Assembly: GCA_028534125.1 (NCBI GenBank)
Contig: CM052816.1
Span: forward strand, 14,386,001-14,450,000
Direction: 5' to 3'
Source of the DNA: Lama glama
Taxonomy: Eukaryota
DNA: 64,000 nucleotides
Position 1 is the first letter of the stretch, and each line of letters opens with the position of its first letter. The translations under genes and the position numbers were made by a program. Below are positions 26,330-50,862 of the stretch, one piece after another. The notes below the pieces were generated by a model. It saw nothing but the letters and a program-made list of their open reading frames with translations, searched no databases and was not told the origin of the DNA.

Positions 26330-28690
26330 CAACCTCATGCCTTATGCAAAATTTAACTCAAAATGGATCAAAGACCTAAATGTAAGAGTTAAAACTAAAA
26401 AACTCTTAGAACTGGAGTAAATCTTCATGAGCTTGGATTAAGGAAAAGTTCTTAGATATGACCAAAAACACAAGAACAAAAGAAAAAGTAGATAAATTGG
26501 ATTCATCAATATTAAAAACCTTTGTGCTTCAAAGGACACTGTCAAGAAAGTAAAAAGACAATTCACAGAATAGGAGAACATATTTGCAAATCACATATCT
26601 GATAAAGGTTTAATATCCAGAATATTTAAAGAACTCCTACAACTCAACAACAGAAAGACCAATAATACCTCAGTTTTAAAATACGCAAAGGATCTGAATA
26701 GACATTTCGCAAAAAAGAGATATACAAATGATCAGTAAGCATGTGAAAAAATGCTCAACATCATTATTGTCATTAGGGAAATGCGAATCATGGGTGAGTT
26801 GTATCCCATTTTATATATATATATATATATATATGCTGCATCTTCATTATCTATTCAATTATTGATGCACACTTAGGATGCTTCCATATCTTGGCAATTA
26901 TAAATAATGTTGCTGTTAATAGTAGGGTGTATATATCTTTTTGAATTAATTCTTGTTTTGTGATTGGCTCTATTCCTTTGATAACTATGTAAGTTTAAAA
27001 AGCTAAAGCTCTAAAGCGTTCTCAGAAACAATGAACTGTACATATATGTAAATTAAAAAATGTATGTGCGGTAAAAAAAATGATCAAGCCATGAAAGACA
27101 TGGAAGAAACTTAAAAGACATATTACTAAGTGAAAGAAGCCAGTCTGAAAAGGCTACAAACTGTATGATTCCAACCAAATGACATTCTGCAAAAGGCACA
27201 GCTACAGAAACAATAAAAAGATCGTGGTTTCCAGGGGTTTGGGGAGAGGGAGGGAGGGAGGGATGAACAGATGGAGCACAAGGGATTTTTTAGGGCAATG
27301 AAATTATTCTGTATGATACTATAGTGGCTACATGTCATTATGCCTTTGTCAAAACCCATAGAATATATAACATCACGAGTGAACCCTAATGTAAACTATG
27401 GACTTTGGTTGATAATAATGTGCCCATGTTGGTTCATCGATTCTACCAAATAAGCCACACTGATGAGGGATGTGGAGGGGAGGGGAGGGCTTTGTGCAAA
27501 TTCTCGGTATTTTCTGCTCAATTCTGTTGTGAACCTGAAACTGCTCTAAGAAGAGCCACTTCACACTCACTAGGACTGCTATAATAAAAAGAAAAATTAA
27601 AGAGAAAAAAATAAGCTCATAGATGCAGTGAACAGTTTGGTGGTTGCCAGAGGTTGAGGGGAGGGGTAGCAAAATGGGTGGAGATACAAACTTTCAGTTA
27701 TAAAATAAATAGGTCAAGGGAATGTTATGTACACCATGGTGACTATAGTTAATAATACTCTATTGTATATTGAAAGTTGCTAAGAGAATAAATCTTAAAA
27801 TTTTTCATCACAAGAAAAAAAAATCTATGTATGGTGACAGATGTTAACTAGACTTACTGTGGAAATCATTCCTCAATACATACAAATATCAAATCATTAT
27901 GTTGTATACATGAAACTAATATAATGTTGTATGTCAATTATACCTCAATAAAATGTTTTAAAAAGACAGATAGTAAGTGTTGGTGAAGATTTGGAGAAAT
28001 TGGAACCCTCATATATTGCCTGTGGAAATGTAAAATGGTATAGCCACTTTGGAAAACACCTTGACAGTTCCTCAAAAAGTATCTTACAAGAAGACTCAGA
28101 AATTCTACTCCCAGGTGTCTATCTGAGAGAGTTGACAACACTTGTTTGCACAAAAACTTGTACACAAATACAGTTACATTTGTATATACTTATTGGTATG
28201 CAGTGTACACAGATGTACACTACAGCAGTAGTCACAATAGCCAAAAGGCACAAACAACCTAAATGTCCACCAATGGATGAATGGATAAACAAAATGTGAT
28301 ATGTCCATACAATGAAATATTACTCAGCTATAAAAAGGAATGAAGTACTAATAACATGCTACAACATGGATGACCCTTGAAAACATTATGCTGAGTGAAA
28401 GGAGTCAGACACAAAAGGCCACATACTACATGATTCCATATCTATGAAATGTCCAGAACAAGCAAATCCCTAGGGACAGAAAGTAGATTAATGGCTGCCA
28501 GGGGCTCGGGCAAGAGGGAATGGGAAGTGATTGCTACTGGGTACAGAGGTTCTTTGGGAGGATAAGAATATTGTGGAACCAGATGGTGGTGATGGTTGTT
28601 CAACTTTGTGAGTATATTAGACACCATTGGATTGTACACTTTTAAAGGGTGAATTTTATCTTATGTGAATTATATCTCAAGAAAAAAATT
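26330..28690 (+). mobile_element. L1MB-like ORF2/3' UTR, interrupted by a duplicated segment (26790-27549) and a second L1 3' end (about 27600-27960)
   Basis: aactcaaaatggatcaaagacctaaatgtaagag...cattagggaaatgcgaatca | agagccacttcacactcactagg...aaaagacagatagtaagtgttggtgaag...tgtgaattatatctcaa. Confidence 0.85.
26790..27549 (+). repeat. Copy A of a local direct duplication (copy B at 30185-30958)
   Basis: Colinear near-identity throughout, including non-repeat sequence such as taactatgtaagtttaaaaagctaaagctctaaa. Confidence 0.92.
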
Positions 28691-28902
28691 TTAGATACAA
28701 AGTACTATTCTCAGGACTTAAGTGGGATGCTGAAATGTTGGTTCCTACTCCCGGGAACCATCAAAATAATATGACCCTAACAATCTAATAAGCTCCTGTG
28801 TCTTCATATACCTCTTCCCCCAAAAAAACAATTTGCAGAACTAGGCCTGTAACTAAAACCTATGACATTCTTAAGGTCTTAACCACTGCTGTCTCCCAAA
28901 CA

Positions 28903-29083
28903 TGATTGGCTTCATGGGCCAGCTAGCTGTGCAGTCACTCTGGACCCTGTGCTCTGGAGGGCCTCAGGCTTAGAAGACATAGAATCTTGAAATTCTTTAA
29001 AAAAGAATTATTCTTGAAATAATTTTCAGAGGCTCTGCATTTTTAGTTTGCACTGGGCTTTGTAAATTACGTTGCTGGTCCTG
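28903..29083. mobile_element. Short hAT non-autonomous element (MER91-like)
   Basis: ggcttcatggg...ctgtgcagtcac...cttgaaattctt...tttgcactgggc...aaattacgttgctggtcctg. Confidence 0.6.
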
Positions 29084-30184
29084 TACCTGGCAGAGAAGAA
29101 AAGCCAAGTGGGAAAACGGTGGCACTGGAAGGGCTTACCCGACTGCCACAGGAGGTACATTTTTGAAATGCAGATAATCAGTCCTAATTTTCTGTACTGT
29201 AAATCTTGACTGCTATGGAACAGAAACCTAACTACCCCTGTAATGGATACCAAAACCAGAACCGTACTCCTTAAAAATGCAAAGGAAGGAAGAAGAATCT
29301 CTGAAGCCATTCACTAATATCATGATTTATGTTTAGTCCAAGGAAATAAAACCAAGAGCAAAATGCATGGCAACTCTACTGCAGAGTGCTCCGAGCCGAG
29401 ACCATGAACGCCACCAGAGACCTCCCAGGTGCAAAAAGGAAGGGAGCCAAAGAAACAGCTAGGGAACTTCTCACAAAGGCGGAGTGGGAGGTGAATTGTG
29501 ACATCACATTGTGACCTCATGTCAGAGGTCACAGGATGGAGGGAGTAGAAGAGAGAATTTCAAAGCATCGTCAATAATTTGGATGAAGGTTTAAAGAGAA
29601 CTAAGTATTCAGAGTCCAGTTTAGATGTTAGGATTGGATAAAGAGAGTTTTCTACTAAACTTTGTTTTTAAGACTCCATAAAAATAACACATTTTTGTTG
29701 GTTTTACGTGCCTGGTTAGTCTTTTACATTGAGCTTTCACCACGTGCACAGCCCTCCACCGTGCTAAGCACTTTACATGATTTATCTCTTTTAAACACCC
29801 AGGACCCCATGACTGAGGCAATTTTATCTCCCCATTTCACAAATGAGGGAATTGAGGCGCTAAGAGGTGAAGTGATTTTTACCAGTGTCATTCAGTGATG
29901 ACATATAGTATTAGGACCAATTCCTCATCAGCCTGACCCTCTCTTATAGTCTGCAAAAAATTAGGGTTTGTTGAAACCAATATACAGACAGAATAAAATT
30001 ATTCTGGCTTTAAAAATGAAAAGGGACACAGAGTATAGGGAACCTCCTTGGTTGGGTTTATTTGTAGGGATTTGGTTGTTTTTGATGTAATGGAAATGTT
30101 TGTGCCAGTTATAAAATTCTGGTTTTTGAAGTGAAAAAAAAAAGTGAATGAAGGGCCACAAATGGCAAAATATCCTTCTTTCTT

Positions 30185-30958
30185 ATGGGTGAGTTGTATA
30201 CCACTACATATATATATATGCTGGACCTCCATTCTCTATTCAACTATTGATGTGCACTTAGGATGCTTCCATATCTTGGCAATTGTAAATAATTTTGCTG
30301 TTAATAGGAGGGTGTATGTATCTTTTTGAATTAATTCTTATTTTGTGGTTGGCTGTATTCCTTTGGTAACTATGTAAGTTTAAAAAGCTAAAGCTCTAAA
30401 CATTCTTGGAAACAGTGAACAGTACATATATGTAAATTAAAAAAATGTATGTGTAGTAAAAAAAAATGATCTATCAAGCCATGAAAGACATAGAAGAAAC
30501 TTAAAAGACATATTATGAAATGAAGGAAGCCAGTCTGAAAAGGCTACAAACTGTATGATTCCATCCAAATGACATTCTGCAAAAGGCACAGCTACAGAAA
30601 CAATAAAAAGATCATGGTTTCCAGGGGTTTGGGGAGCAGGAGGGAGGGGGGGATGAATTGATGGAGCACAAGGACTTTTAGGACAATGAAATTATTCTGT
30701 ATGATATTATAGTGGTGGTTACATGTCATTATGCATTTGTCAAAACCCACAGAATGTACAACATCAAGAGTGAACCCGAATGTAAACTATGGACTTTGGT
30801 TGATAATAATGTGCCTATGTTGGTTCATCGATTGTACCAAATATGCCACCCTGATGAGGGATGTGGAAGGTAGGGGAGTATGTATGTGTGGGTGGGAGGG
30901 CTATGTGCAAACTCTGTATTTTCTGCTTAATTCTGTTGTGAACCCAAAATTGCTCTAA
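30185..30958 (+). repeat. Copy B (probable donor) of the local direct duplication
   Basis: As for copy A; here both ends continue into their native L1 fragments. Confidence 0.92.
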
Positions 30959-31001
30959 AAGAATAAAGTCTATTAAAAAGAAAAAAAAGAATGAACAGGG
31001 A

Positions 31002-31207
31002 CAGATACTAACTACTATATAGAAAATAGATAAACAACAAACTTCTTCTGTATAGCACAGGGAACTATATTCAATATCTTGTAGAAACTTGAAAAAGAAT
31101 ATGAAAAGGAATCATATATATACACACATATGTATGACTGAAACATTATGCTGTACACCAGAAATTGACACAACATTATAAACTGACTGTATTTCAACTT
31201 AAAAAAA
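31002..31207 (+). mobile_element. Cetartiodactyl L1 3' tail
   Basis: atagataaacaacaa...tatagcacagggaactatattcaatatcttgta...gctgtacaccagaaattgacacaacatt. Confidence 0.8.
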
Positions 31208-33079
31208 TGAAGAGAAGGCCCTAGGGAAGTCAGGATTATGATTTATGATGTAATGACAGGTGAGAGTGAGAATGCAGAGAGAGAGAAAGAGACCTAACTC
31301 CATATCCCGCCCCAGGGACTCCAGATGATGGAGTCTAGGGCTAGGTGAGGATAGGGTGCGTAACCTAGACCAGAGGTCAAGACCCAAGCCATTGGGTAGA
31401 GATGCAGCAGTGAATCATATAATACGTCTGGTCCTATAGGGACCAGCAGGCTTTCCATCAGGACCTGCACTTGTTTCCATCCAGCACTGGCATCCAATGG
31501 TGTCCAGAGACTTTGCTGAGCTCATCCCACCAGCCCCGGGACAGGGGGGCAGCCTCCTTTTCAAAGGCCACTCACGAGCACCCCTGAAACAAGCCTTGAC
31601 GTATAGAGGGGCAGCAGTGTGGAAGGGAAAGCCCTCCCCCAACTCTGGGACAGGACTGGACAGTGGTGAGTCCCACCCCAGTACAGAAGTATTACTGAGT
31701 TCCTGCTGGTCTCCTGTTGTATTGGCTCACACTCTGTAGAACTCAAAAATTTTACTGCTATCACTGAGGAATCTGAAAAATTGGTGTTTCTTTAAAATTG
31801 AGGCTTCGTCCTCAAAAAAAAAAAAACCTGAGAGCTACTACACTAAAGGTGTGATTATAAGCAATTAACGATTAGAACACTACTCATATCCCATGCCCCG
31901 CTACTAAGCTAAACCTGATAGCAACCCTATAACATATTACACCATCCTTATTTTAAAGTTAAAGAGACTGATCACAGAGAACTTAAGTGGCTTGCCACTG
32001 TCACATAGATGGTAAATTACAAAGCCAGTCTTTGAACCCAGGAAATTGGAGTCCTGAGCCCACATCATTTACCCTAATGCTCAGCTTAGATCAAGTTAAC
32101 ACTTCACTCAAGTAAAGTACTCAGTTAGGTCTGTAAGGAGAAATAGCCAGACCACCCGTGTGGCCAGCTTCCCTGGTCAGTGCAGCTTAAACAATACCTC
32201 CGGTCATCCCAGGGTTATATAAAAAAGACAATCCTAAAAAGGCTTGTGGTGGCTGACAGTATAAAATGTTTTCTGTGCTTCTGATGCAAGGTAAAATTTG
32301 ATTTACAATAATAGGCACAGAATGATCATGTTTATACTTGCAACCTGGCACTTTATTATTATTCCCCTGAATAACAGTGAACAGAGTTTTGTAACCCCAA
32401 GGTAACATGGCTCTGTAAGAAGGAAAGAGGGGTGAGATTTAGCAGCAGCTGCCATCATAAATCAGTGTGTGGCTGTTTCTCTCGGAGCTCGGAGCTCCAG
32501 GCTCAACTCCTGGCTGTCATAAACTTATAAAGGGAAGCCCCATGAGAATTTATGTAATGATGGGAAGACTCATTTTCCTTCCTGCAAGAACCTTTCTGAA
32601 GCAAGGTGAGAATTAGGCTGATTAGATTCTATGTGAAGAAAGAAAACCAAACCAATGGTTTAGAGGAAGGGAAAATGTGGGTCAACTTCAGTTACTTCCC
32701 TTGCCAAAAAAAAAAAAAAAAAGACCTTGTAAATGGAGAAGAATATGCTGAATTCCACCAAATAAATGAGTAAGTGGATGACCGAATAAATTAGTGAATG
32801 AGTGTGATCCCAGCTTCCTCTGGGGTGGTTCTTTCAGTGTGAGAACAGTTCGATCCTGGAGTTACCCAGAAATGCTGAATACGTAACAAGGCCAATCAAC
32901 AGAGTCAGCCTCTGAATATTCATGCACAGATGATGCTCAAAGTCAATGTGTTTGATTTTTGTGTTTACTGATAGATTTTCCAATTCACTGTGTAAACCAA
33001 AATTCTAAAAATAAAAAAGAAGAGGAGAAGAGAAAACAGAAAAGAAATGTGTGCTGAGATCATACATTACTTCTGGATA

Positions 33080-33179
33080 GAATTCCAGATAAAAATACTT
33101 ATTCTAAAATTTTTGCATTGTTTACCTGAAAGTCAAATTTAACTGAGCATTGTTTTTATCTGTTAAATCTGGCAACCTA
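33080..33179. mobile_element. Half of a MER53-like palindromic hAT element
   Basis: atacttattctaaaa...ttgtttacctgaaagtcaaatttaactgagc...aaatctggcaaccta. Confidence 0.6.
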
Positions 33180-36100
33180 CTTCTGTACTCATAACCCCAC
33201 GTAGAAGAGAGTGCTGAAGATAGTACTGGGGAATAAGCCCACAGCTGGGAGTTAAAAGGAAGGAAAACCAAAGGAGGAAGGAAAGAAGGAGACAGAAGAG
33301 TCTGCAGAAAAATGGAGGAAGAACCGGGTGTGCGCAGAGCTTCTAGGGAGCAGTGATACAGGCACGGAGGAGCAGTGGGGACCAGGAGGATGCTCAGTAA
33401 GAAAGACCTGATGTCTGTAGAGTTTGGTCCTTACAAGGTTGTTGGTGCTTCTGAGAAGTTCTGTGTGAGTGGATCTCAGTGAGGTTGGGGTGGGAAGGGG
33501 TGGGTGGCAGAACGACCTGTAGTGCATCAGAACTGAAATCTACATGTTGGAAGTCGCCCACAGCAGACCCGGGGGAGAGACACAATGCATGTGAAACCCT
33601 TATCAACTCAGAATTGATCTGGTCCAGTTTTGGAAGCCATGTTGTGCTTACTAAAACATAAGATAAATTATAAGTCTTTTCTTGCATTTTTCCTGAGAAT
33701 CGTAAAGGATCTCCATAGGTTACAACAATCCATTGGAAAGTCCCTATCTACAATCTACTTCATTCATATTCTCTGCTGTGCTCTAGGGTACCCTCCCCTG
33801 ACAATTCCCTCAACCTTCAGCAGTTTCCCTCCCCCCATCTATTTTTCCTTTTGTTATGTAGATCAATTAGGCCTCTCTTTCAAGCAAAAAGGCCCAATCA
33901 ACTTCCCCAACCTGGTCTCAAATGACCTGAAAGATGAAGACTTTTCAAAGAAAGGGAAATAGAGCTGGCAATTAGAAAATTCTCCTTGGCAGGCTGGGAG
34001 AGAGAAAAGTATGAATTTTCTGGCCCTGTCCCCGGTATTTTGAAAAGCCTTTCAAGTGATTGTGCTATCTGGGCCCTTTTGAGAGATACCACTCTTAATC
34101 AAGATATAAACCTTTTTTCATTTTTTGAAAAGTTCTATATCTTGGCAAATCTCTCCCTTCAAAGTACGTCTTCTTTTTGCATGGGGCTCAGAAAGAGGTG
34201 CCATTGTGTGGGAGTGGACATCTGTTGTCTGTCCCAACAAAGACCACAAAGGGCTGTGCCAGGAGTAGGTGACCCGGAACATCTACTTGAGTCTCCCAGT
34301 CAAGGTTCCTGGCTAGACTGGCTCTAACTTCAACAAGGTTTTGCTAAAAAAAAAAAAATTAAAAAGAGGCAGAACTTAGTCACTTCCCCAACCAAAATGA
34401 TCTGGAGGATGAAGCTTCCCCGCTCTACCAAAGCTGCCTTGCTGGTTGTGACTGTGGCAGCTGCTGGGCAGATTCACAGAGGAACCCTGGGGTGGGCAGC
34501 CGTCCTGCATGATATTCACAGTATGGGGTGTAACCTTAGCCTTCATCCAACGTGTCTGTGAATCCGCCAAGGGTCAGAATCCCTCCCACCCCTGCTGGTA
34601 TGACTCCTCAAGGTTCCTCAGGACTCCAGGGTTTTAAAGAGATCCTCTGACTACCCTCCGCCTTCCCACTTAATCTCCCATCCCCTCCCTATAGCAACAG
34701 ACTCAAGTGTGAGCAACCCCAAGGCAGGTGGTGAGCAAGGCCTCCAAGCACCAACCTCAAGTCTGCCCTCTTTTAAAAAATGGTTCAGTCTCAGCTATCT
34801 CTAATCTATTTCAGAGGACCTCTGCTCCTTCAAAGCTATTTTCAAAATTCAGGGTGATGAAGTCTTTCCAGACAAACTCCAGTTTCACCCTCTGACATAT
34901 GGCTGCAAAAGATCAACAGACCCTGCAGCCAGAAAAGGGGAAAAATATGACTAAATGGGGACCTCACTCCCAGAGGTAACAGCCTTCAAAGAGTCTGATG
35001 CCTTGTTTGCTGGCTTTGGACTCGTAAAGGATTGTTTTAGCTTCATGCCCCTGGTGTGAGTAAAACAAACAACAATAATAAAACCACCTACAAAAGCCAA
35101 ATTCAAACTTTTTCAGATCTGTGAATCCATTTTTGGCATCCCTGGTTCCCAGTCAAGGCCACACACACACACACACACGTATCAATGCCCTTTCAAGAAT
35201 ATAAATGTTAACACATGTAGAATCAAGAATTTCATAATTCCTCCTGTGGGCACTGGGTCACACTAGGTTTCCCATTAAGAGAAATGATTGTCTTCTGGGT
35301 CCAGCTCTTCCCGTTGTGTTCCCCACGGCTCAGGAACACAGGCCTGGTGCTGTAGACATTTGTGAACCGCAGCCACCCACCTCCCTGCCTCAGTGCCTGT
35401 CTCTCCGCCTTTGGCCACCAGATGGCATTCTGAAAGCATTCTCAGCACCCCGGTTTCCTGCACCAAAGCTCCCCTGCATTACTCGCAACTGGCCCTCTTC
35501 CCTTCCCCTTCTCCGTTCCCTTACAATCCATTTCCCAGAATGCAGCTGCAGGGGCTTTCTGGAGGGTAAATCTGCGTTATCTTAGCCAAGTTACCCAGCC
35601 CTCTGTGCTAGGCTTCTTCACCCCCCTGGCATGGTTGTGAGGGTGGCCTGGGAAGATGAAGTAAAGCACTCAGCTGCTGTTCTCCTCATCCTGCTCAGAA
35701 CCCTTCCAGAGCTCCCCATGGCCTTCAGGACAAGGTCCAAATCCTTAGCATGGGGCTCCAGGCCTTCATTATCTGGCGGCCCCTGCTGACATCCCAGCGC
35801 ACCTTCCAACCCCCGCTCCACAGATCCTCCTATAGGAATAAGGAGCCAGCTCACCCACCTCCAGCCTCTGTCCATTCTGCTCCCTCCGCCTGCTTTGCCA
35901 CTCCCTCCCCCCACACACCCACCCTCCAGTGGCTCACTCCTCCATGTCCTTCAGGTTTATCCTCAAGCAGGAGCCCCCCAGGCCCCTGCCCCGGCCTGGA
36001 CCACAGCCACTCCACTGGACCCACCTCCTTCATCCCCCTTCCTCCGGAGACTGCAAGTCCCTTGGGGTCACTTTGTCTTGCTCACTGCCATGCACATAGT

Positions 36101-38384
36101 AGGATGAGTGAGGGCCAGACCGTGAGACCCCTATGTGGCTGACCAGAGGGCAATGAGCTTCCCGCACGTCTCTGAGCTCGGAGGGGCTACTTGGCAGCTG
36201 GGAGCCTGGGGTCTGCTCTGGTTCCCCCCGAAGCACAGGCAGCACCAGACCCACACCCCGGCTTAGGGGGCCCTGGGAAATGAGCCTTGCTGGCCAAGAA
36301 GGCAGAGAAAAAATGAAGGGATCAATGCAAGACCATTATACCGTTTTCATTCAAGGTATAAAACCTGGAAAATAATCCAAGGTAAAAGTTGCACATAATG
36401 AGCGCTTTCTCTGAACCAGGTACTGTGCCGAGCCCTCGAGTACCATCTCATCAAATCCTTACCGTAAACTCTGAGACGGGGGTCAGCCACTTTCTACAGA
36501 GAAGGAAACTGAGGCACAGAGAGGTCAGGTGACTTGTGCGATGTCTCCGAGCTAGTGAGTGTTCTGTCTGTGTGTCTCCAGCGCGATGCTATAGGAACTG
36601 GCCTGTGGATTCAGGACCCTTGCTGTGTTTCGACAGGCTTCAGCTAGATGGTTGGGAAACCTCCATGAGTAGAATATGAAAGGATAGGGTGTGGAAAAGA
36701 AAACACAGCGGGGAAGGGAGGGAGTGCAGGTGGTGCTTAGGCCAGGGAGGTCCTCAGTTGCCCCATCCTAATGGCCACAGGCCTCCAGGCCAATGGGCCT
36801 TATTGGAGTCACTTGTGTCCCAACAGGCACATCCGGCCCCAAGGACTGAGCTGCAAACACCCATCTAGGGGAAGCTGGCCCTTCATTCCCATCACTTCAA
36901 ATGCTTTACAACCCTCTGGACTCAGCCTCAAGATAAAGTGCAAGTCTGGGAGAATGGTGGGGACAGCAGATGGAGCAGGAGAATGAAAAGTGGCCAGCCA
37001 CCTCAAGGCCACCCACGCCAACCGCCCACTCACCCCTTCCTGGGCCTCATCACTGCGATAGGACGCTCAGTCATGAACAGCAGTGGGGAGGGAAGAATTG
37101 GAGGAAGGGAGGGCAAGGGAGAGGAAGGTGTGGGAGAGGGAAAAGTATAAAAACCCCCGAGACTGAGGAGCAGAAGGCTGGGGGATTCCCCTGGACAGGG
37201 GCTCGGGCTGGACCAGATGCAGAGAACAATGGCTGCGAGAGACTGGGGAGCCGGAAGGGAGAGGGGAGGGAGGCCACTCAGTCAGGTCAGAGAGGTCTTT
37301 GTGCTTCAGGAGCCAAGGCCAAGAGCACCCTAATGGGTCCGTGTGGGCTGGGACTGCCCAAGGGCCAGTGTAGGAGCCAGAGGCAGCCACAAGGTGGGCA
37401 GATCGTAACACTCACCGCTGGTAACAGCATCACCGCCTATGACTCTGGGCCAGGCCCTTCACGCGTGTTTCACCCCGTCCGCACCATTTCCTGCTCAGAG
37501 GGCTACTGTTCTTATTCTCACCCACACTGTAAAGATGGGGGGGTGGAGGCCCAGAGAGACTGAGTGACTTGTTCCAAGAGACCCAGCTGGGAAATTGCGG
37601 AGTCAGGATTTGAACCCAGGCAGTATGGCTCTGATGGCTGCTCTCTTAATCAGCGCTGCTTCCCATGAGACAACAATGAATGATGGGGCAGAGCCAAGAC
37701 TCAGAGGTAGATGAGTGTGGGAAAAAGCGGAAAGGGAGAGGAATGACGGAGAGATGACGGAAACAAGGAGACACAAGGAAGGGAAGGGAGACAGGGGGCG
37801 TGACTTGCCCAGGAGGAGCTCGGGCTCTCAGCCCACTTGGCCACAGCAGGGGCTCCCTTCCCCTCATCGGGCGCCTTGCTGCATGGACGGCACCTTCCCG
37901 TCCGGCCTGTCCCCAGCCGCATCCTCCTCAGCGGCAAGCCACTCAGCTTCACGGAAACTCTCTTTCTCTAATTGGCATCGACACTCACAGCCCTCCCTTT
38001 TCCTGTAGGTGGGGTTTCCATAGGAAAAAGCTGCTTCTCTGTTTCCCCAGCCTAGCAACTGTTTGGAAGTCAGATCCCCACATCCTGCTCTCCTGGATCA
38101 AGTCCCTCTTGGAACGGCTCTCACCTATCATTTGCTGACGGGGACCAACGGGTGTCCCGTGCAAGGCCTTCCCCGGCAATTTCGCTTTGTCGGTCCTTGG
38201 ACCTCTCCGATCTCTTCTGATGAAGACGGCCTTGCCTGGGAACTCTGCTGGTCCCATCATCTAATTATGGGACGAGGCTGTGCCAGCAGGTCTGGGGGCA
38301 GGAGAACGGGGCTAATCAAGCCCCCCAGGAAACACTGGAGGACTTGCCCAGCCTTTGAAGAACTCTAGCGGTTTCTGGATCTAG

Positions 38385-50519
<12,135 letters not shown>

Positions 50520-50856
50520 GGATCCTGGGACATGAGCTGGTTTCTCTGATCTTTGAACTCACTGACCAGAGGTGGCTGAGGCTGCCCCATAGAGGAGGCA
50601 GGGGCCCAAGGACAAACAGCTGGATGACCAAAGCAGCCCCTTATTAGGGGCTGCCTTTGCCTGTGAATTTTTTGGAGGAGGGAAAGAGTTTGCGGAGAAG
50701 ATTAAGTGTTTGCTGGCAAAACACATGTAGCACAGAAGGTTTGTCCTCCTGCAGAACAGATGCCAAGGAATGTCACAAGCAGGAAAGGATGGCCTTGATG
50801 CACACTGGAGTGGGGGGCTGGATCCTGGGGCACCAGGCAGAACTCTCGGACCTACT

Positions 50857-50862
50857 AATAAA
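50857..50862 (+). terminator. PCDH12: Candidate PCDH12 polyadenylation signal
   Basis: AATAAA about 340 nt downstream of the stop codon. Confidence 0.65.

Noticed and set aside
27938..28639. ORFs resembling reverse-transcriptase C-terminal sequence
   Set aside because: Degenerate L1 ORF2 and 3' UTR.
36970..37563. 197-aa ORF upstream of PCDH12
   Set aside because: Purine-rich low-complexity sequence running into a MIR; no domain or splice support.
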